Assembly (NCBI GenBank): GCA_014360685.1
Contig: JACIXB010000009.1
Coordinates: 1,971 to 65,970 of the forward strand
Reading direction: 5' to 3'
Length of the DNA: 64,000 nucleotides
DNA from: Actinomycetota bacterium
GTDB taxonomy: Bacteria > Actinomycetota > Geothermincolia > Geothermincolales > RBG-13-55-18
Below, piece by piece: positions 60,320-64,000 of the stretch. The position numbers and the translations under genes are program-made. Numbering within the stretch: position 1 is the stretch's first letter; each line of letters begins with the position of its first letter. The notes beneath the pieces are model-generated. The model was not told where the DNA came from. It did not search any database and saw nothing but the letters and a program-made list of their open reading frames with translations.

Positions 60320-60664
60320 CCTACCTCCCAGGGTTTTGATTGTGCGATGATCAAATCCTAACGATACTAATGTCCATTTTATGAGGATTATAGGCTTTTT
60401 TGGAAAGGATGTCAACTTTAGCTGAAACAACGTTTAACTTAAAGGTATCTTTTAAGATTTTATTGTATTATGGAAGGGATACAGCGGTTCTGCCCGCAAA
60501 GCGCAAGTGACGAGCGCGTGGCGGGGAATCCGGCAAAAACGGAGGAAGGCCGTTTAGGCGGGTAGCTTTTTGCACCCGCAGGTGAAGGGAATTCTACGGA
60601 GAATCCATAAAGCGGAAGGGCGGGTAAGGCCGGAAGATCAGCGTAAGCGCAGAGGTGATGTGGC

Positions 60665-61885
60665 GTGACCCCGGAGCAGCAGGACACGTCGGCCAGGAAC
60701 AGGGGCAAGGCTTACACCAGGCGCCGCATCCAGGAAGTGGCCCTGGAGTCCTTCGTGGAGAAGGGCTACAACGGGGCCACCATAGGGGAGATAGCGGCCC
60801 GGGCGGGGGTGGCGGAAACCACCATTTATGAGCATTTCCGCAACAAGGAGGACATCCTTTTCTCCATTCCCCGCGATTTCTTTTCCCGGCTCTGTCGCAG
60901 CCTGGAGAACCATTTCCTGGGCGTAGACGGGGTGGAGAACCTCTTCCGGAAATTCGTCTGGCATCACCTGCATTTCTTCCAGGAGAACCCCCTCTCGAGC
61001 GCCCTTTACATCCTCGAACTGTGGAACAACCCCGCTTTCCTGAAAACCAAGGGCTTTTCCTTCCTTTCCGAGTACCGGGCCAGGCTGGAGGGGATCCTGG
61101 AAAGCGGCCAGCAGGAGGGAACCTTCGACCCCAAGCTACCCAAGGAGATATGCGCGAGCATGGTCCTGGGCACCTTCAACCACCTCATCCTGAGCAAGGT
61201 CATGCTCAAGAGGCCGCTGGAACTCATACCTTACGCGGAACGGCTGTTCAAGGTCTTCAGGAAAGTGCTGGAGCCCACGGACGCCGTGGACCAGAGGGTT
61301 TTCCGCGGCCAGGAGGGGAGGAGGAAGGACATCCTGATGGCCGCCCTCATGGAGTTCGAGAAGCACGGGTACGAGGGAGCCACCATAGCCCGCATAGCCA
61401 AGCGGGCGGGAGTCACCCAACCCACCATCTACGAGTATTTCAAGAGCAAGGAGGACCTCCTTTACTCCATCCCCGAGGTGGCCATGCAGGATTTTCTGAA
61501 GTCGCTCGAGGAATCCCTGCGCAACCTGGACAACCCCGTCAACCGTCTCTACAACTTCATCCTCCACCAGGTGAGGTCGGTGAGGGACGCCCCCACCTAT
61601 TACCGGCTCCTCATCATGGAACTTCGGAACAACCCGGGGTTCTACGATTCACCGGGGTACCGATCGCTCCGCGAGTACAGCGCGCGGTTCGTGGAGATCG
61701 TGAAGGAGGGCGCGGCGAGCGGCTGTTTCCGGGACGACGTGGACATCACCTGCGTGCAGAACCTCTACTTCGGGACCTTCGACGACCTCACCATACAGTT
61801 CCTCCTGAACGGGAAACTGCAATACATCGTGGGGGTGAGCGAGTACCTTTTCGACCTCACCTACCGGGCGCTGAAGAAGGAGTGA
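60665..61885 (+). CDS. Tandem (double) TetR-family regulator
   Basis: Two TetR HTHs: GYNGATIGEIAARAGV...IYEHF.NKE and GYEGATIARIAKRAGV...IYEYF.SKE. Confidence 0.9.
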   Translation: MTPEQQDTSARNRGKAYTRRRIQEVALESFVEKGYNGATIGEIAARAGVAETTIYEHFRNKEDILFSIPRDFFSRLCRSLENHFLGVDGVENLFRKFVWHHLHFFQENPLSSALYILELWNNPAFLKTKGFSFLSEYRARLEGILESGQQEGTFDPKLPKEICASMVLGTFNHLILSKVMLKRPLELIPYAERLFKVFRKVLEPTDAVDQRVFRGQEGRRKDILMAALMEFEKHGYEGATIARIAKRAGVTQPTIYEYFKSKEDLLYSIPEVAMQDFLKSLEESLRNLDNPVNRLYNFILHQVRSVRDAPTYYRLLIMELRNNPGFYDSPGYRSLREYSARFVEIVKEGAASGCFRDDVDITCVQNLYFGTFDDLTIQFLLNGKLQYIVGVSEYLFDLTYRALKKE

Positions 61886-62186
61886 GCGCCCCCGGGCATA
61901 GTTGCACCTACAATCGCTCCCTCATCCGAAGAAGGCGAGACTCGGAGGGAACATGGCCAGGGAGATGGTCGCGCCTGGGCTTACATCGACCCCCGGGGGT
62001 GGAGGCAGGAAATAACTCGGCCGTGACCCCAAGAACGACAGATATACCCAAACGACATATAGATCGCCTCTTGAATCCGGCAGTTGTTTTGACGCCCGTG
62101 AATCGCCGTCCGAGTATTATCTTTATATAAGGGATTTTCTAAAAAGCATGTCGTCTTCAACCCCCCGCTTTTCGCTGCTTTCGCGT

Positions 62187-62250
62187 TTGACAATTCCCCG
62201 AAAAGCGGCGATTATATAGAAAGATTAAAATCAGTTTTAATATTTAAATA
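62187..62250 (+). promoter_or_regulatory. Promoter and palindromic operator candidates upstream of the thiolase operon
   Basis: TTGACA at 62187 followed by a GATTAT/TATATA -10; ATTAAAA-tcag-TTTTAAT (62224-62241) and TATTTAAATA (62241-62250). Confidence 0.55.
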
Positions 62251-62301
62251 ACATTAAGATTAAAAGGCAGGCAGCTCGACCGGAGGGGAAAGGACGGGAA
62301 G

Positions 62302-63486
62302 ATGAGCGATCTCAAGGGAAAGGTGGCCATAATAGGCGTGGGAGAAGTGCCCACCGGGAAGTTCCCGGACAGGCCATGCGTGGAGTCGGCGCTGCGATCG
62401 GCCAGGCAGGCCATAGGCGATGCGGGAATAGACAAGGACCTGATAGATTTCCTCATCCCCATCGGCGCCGTCTACAGCTCCGCCTACAACAGCGACCTGG
62501 TGTGCAGCAGGATCGTGGAGGAGCTGGGCCTCAAGGGGGTGAGGGGGAACGCCCAGGTCTTCTCCGGCGGAGCCTCCTGTTCCACCTCCCTTAAAACGGC
62601 GGCCGGCCTGATCTCCGCGGGCATCGCCCGCGTGGTGCTCGTGGTGCACTCGGACAAGCTGGGCACCGGCGTCTCCACTCAGGAGGGGATCGACCTCTTC
62701 GCCTTGGCGGGGATAAGCAAGGAATGGGAGGTGCCCTTCGGGCAGCACTATTCCTCCATCGCCGGCCTGGTGACCACGCGCTACATGTTCGAGACGGGCA
62801 CCACGGAGGAGCAGGTGGCCGCGGTGGTGGTCAGCAACCGCAAGTGGGCGGAGCTCAACCCCAACGCCATGATACGCAAACCCACAACCGTGGAGGAGGT
62901 CCTGTCCTCCAAGGTCCTCTCCACGCCGCTGCACGCCCGGGAATCCAACGTGCTGGCCGACGGGGGCTCCGCCTTCATCGTGACCGACGCCGAGAGGGCG
63001 AGGGAGTGGGTGGAAAAACCCGTCTACCTGCTGGGTGACGGATCCCGGGTGACCCACTTCTGCCTGTCCCAGGAGAAGGACATAACCCGTTTCGGCTACC
63101 GCGAAGCGGCGAGGGAGGCCTTCGGGATGGCCGGCCTCTCTACCTCCGACATAGACGTGGCCGAGGTTTACGACTCCTACCCGGTTTTCGAGATGATAGC
63201 CCTGGAGGAGATGGGCTTCATGGAAAGGGGAGAGAGCGGCGCCTGGTTCCTGGAGGGCAGGACCTGGCCCGGCGGAGAGCTCCCGGTGACCACCAACGGC
63301 GGGATGCTCTCGCAGGGCCATACCGGGGCGGGGGGCGGAATGGCCCTCCTCGTGGAGGCCGTGCGCCAGTTGAAGGGCCAGGCGGGGGAAAGGCAGGTCC
63401 AGGGAGCCCGTTTCGCCGTGCTCACCTCCACGGGGGGAGCTTATGTTGACGCCCACGTGGAGATCCTGGGCACCGAGGTCCCCTGA
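62302..63486 (+). CDS. SCP2/Ltp-type thiolase-family protein
   Basis: VAIIGVG, NPNA, DGG.A, EVYDSY and P..TNGG.LS.GH motifs. Confidence 0.9.
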   Translation: MSDLKGKVAIIGVGEVPTGKFPDRPCVESALRSARQAIGDAGIDKDLIDFLIPIGAVYSSAYNSDLVCSRIVEELGLKGVRGNAQVFSGGASCSTSLKTAAGLISAGIARVVLVVHSDKLGTGVSTQEGIDLFALAGISKEWEVPFGQHYSSIAGLVTTRYMFETGTTEEQVAAVVVSNRKWAELNPNAMIRKPTTVEEVLSSKVLSTPLHARESNVLADGGSAFIVTDAERAREWVEKPVYLLGDGSRVTHFCLSQEKDITRFGYREAAREAFGMAGLSTSDIDVAEVYDSYPVFEMIALEEMGFMERGESGAWFLEGRTWPGGELPVTTNGGMLSQGHTGAGGGMALLVEAVRQLKGQAGERQVQGARFAVLTSTGGAYVDAHVEILGTEVP

Positions 63487-63503
63487 GCGAGGAGGAGGTA
63501 GAG

Positions 63504-63929
63504 ATGGAAACCGCTAAAATCCCGAGCAAACCCCTTCCCCAGGCCACGCCGTGGTCGGCCCCCTTCTGGGAGGCGGCCAAGCGGGGGGAGCTCAAGGTGC
63601 AGAGATGCCTCGACTGCGGAAAGCCCTTCTTTTACCCCCGCATAGCCTGCCCGCACTGTTTCTCCGAGGACCTGGAGTGGGTGAAGTTGAGCGGAAGGGG
63701 GAAGATATACAGTTTCTCCGTGGTGTTCAATTATGCCCCCTCCGCTTTCGCCGACGACGTGCCCTACGTGGTGGCCATCGTGGAGCTGGAGGAAGGCTTG
63801 CGCATGCTGACCAATATAGTCACGGACAAGCCCGAGTCCCTGCGCTGCGAGATGCCCGTGCAGGTCATCTTCGAGCCCGCGGGCGAGGATTTCGTCCTGC
63901 CCAAGTTCCGGCCGGTCGATGAGGCGTGA
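63504..63929 (+). CDS. DUF35 Zn-ribbon/OB-fold protein
   Basis: PFWEA...QRC..CG...YPR..CP.C...G.IYSF...PY..A.VEL.EG pattern; follows the thiolase. Confidence 0.92.
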   Translation: METAKIPSKPLPQATPWSAPFWEAAKRGELKVQRCLDCGKPFFYPRIACPHCFSEDLEWVKLSGRGKIYSFSVVFNYAPSAFADDVPYVVAIVELEEGLRMLTNIVTDKPESLRCEMPVQVIFEPAGEDFVLPKFRPVDEA

Positions 63930-63959
63930 AAAGCCGAGAAGACGGAGAGGTGGATGGAA

Positions 63960-64000
63960 ATGGCGTTGAGAACCCCCGAACAGTATCTGGAGAGCCTGAG
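63960..64000 (+). CDS. 5' end of a gene, probably 4-hydroxybutyryl-CoA dehydratase/HpaB family (cut by window edge)
   Basis: MALRTPEQYLESL.. resembles the family N-terminus; only 13 full codons visible. Confidence 0.5.
   Translation, partial: MALRTPEQYLESL

Overview
High-GC bacterial window, inferred to be actinobacterial from the FHA/PP2C/RodA/PbpA/kinase/PknB cluster and a leaderless-type promoter. It has three parts. (1) 1-26.7 kb is housekeeping: the Ser/Thr-kinase cell-wall cluster (the first kinase looks like a pseudokinase), a geranylgeranyl-reductase-family gene, a B12 radical SAM gene, MazG, tRNA-Leu(CAG), a NarL-type two-component system, two paralogous Cys-motif proteins, peptidases and two candidate structured RNAs. 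(2) About 26.7-52.9 kb is a compositionally mosaic putative defence island with no visible integrase. It carries an Alba-PIN fusion, a small acidic Zn-ribbon protein and a NERD-SF1 helicase, then a translationally coupled operon: YprA/DUF1998 helicase-nuclease (1692 aa), SNF2 helicase, type IIG-like N6-adenine methyltransferase, GGCT and Mrr_N. An N-terminally truncated GmrSD-like gene and a 1819 aa STAND-like ATPase follow. (3) 53-64 kb is an acyl-CoA catabolic cluster with a tandem-TetR regulator. All calls come from reading motifs by eye; no searches or folding programs were run.
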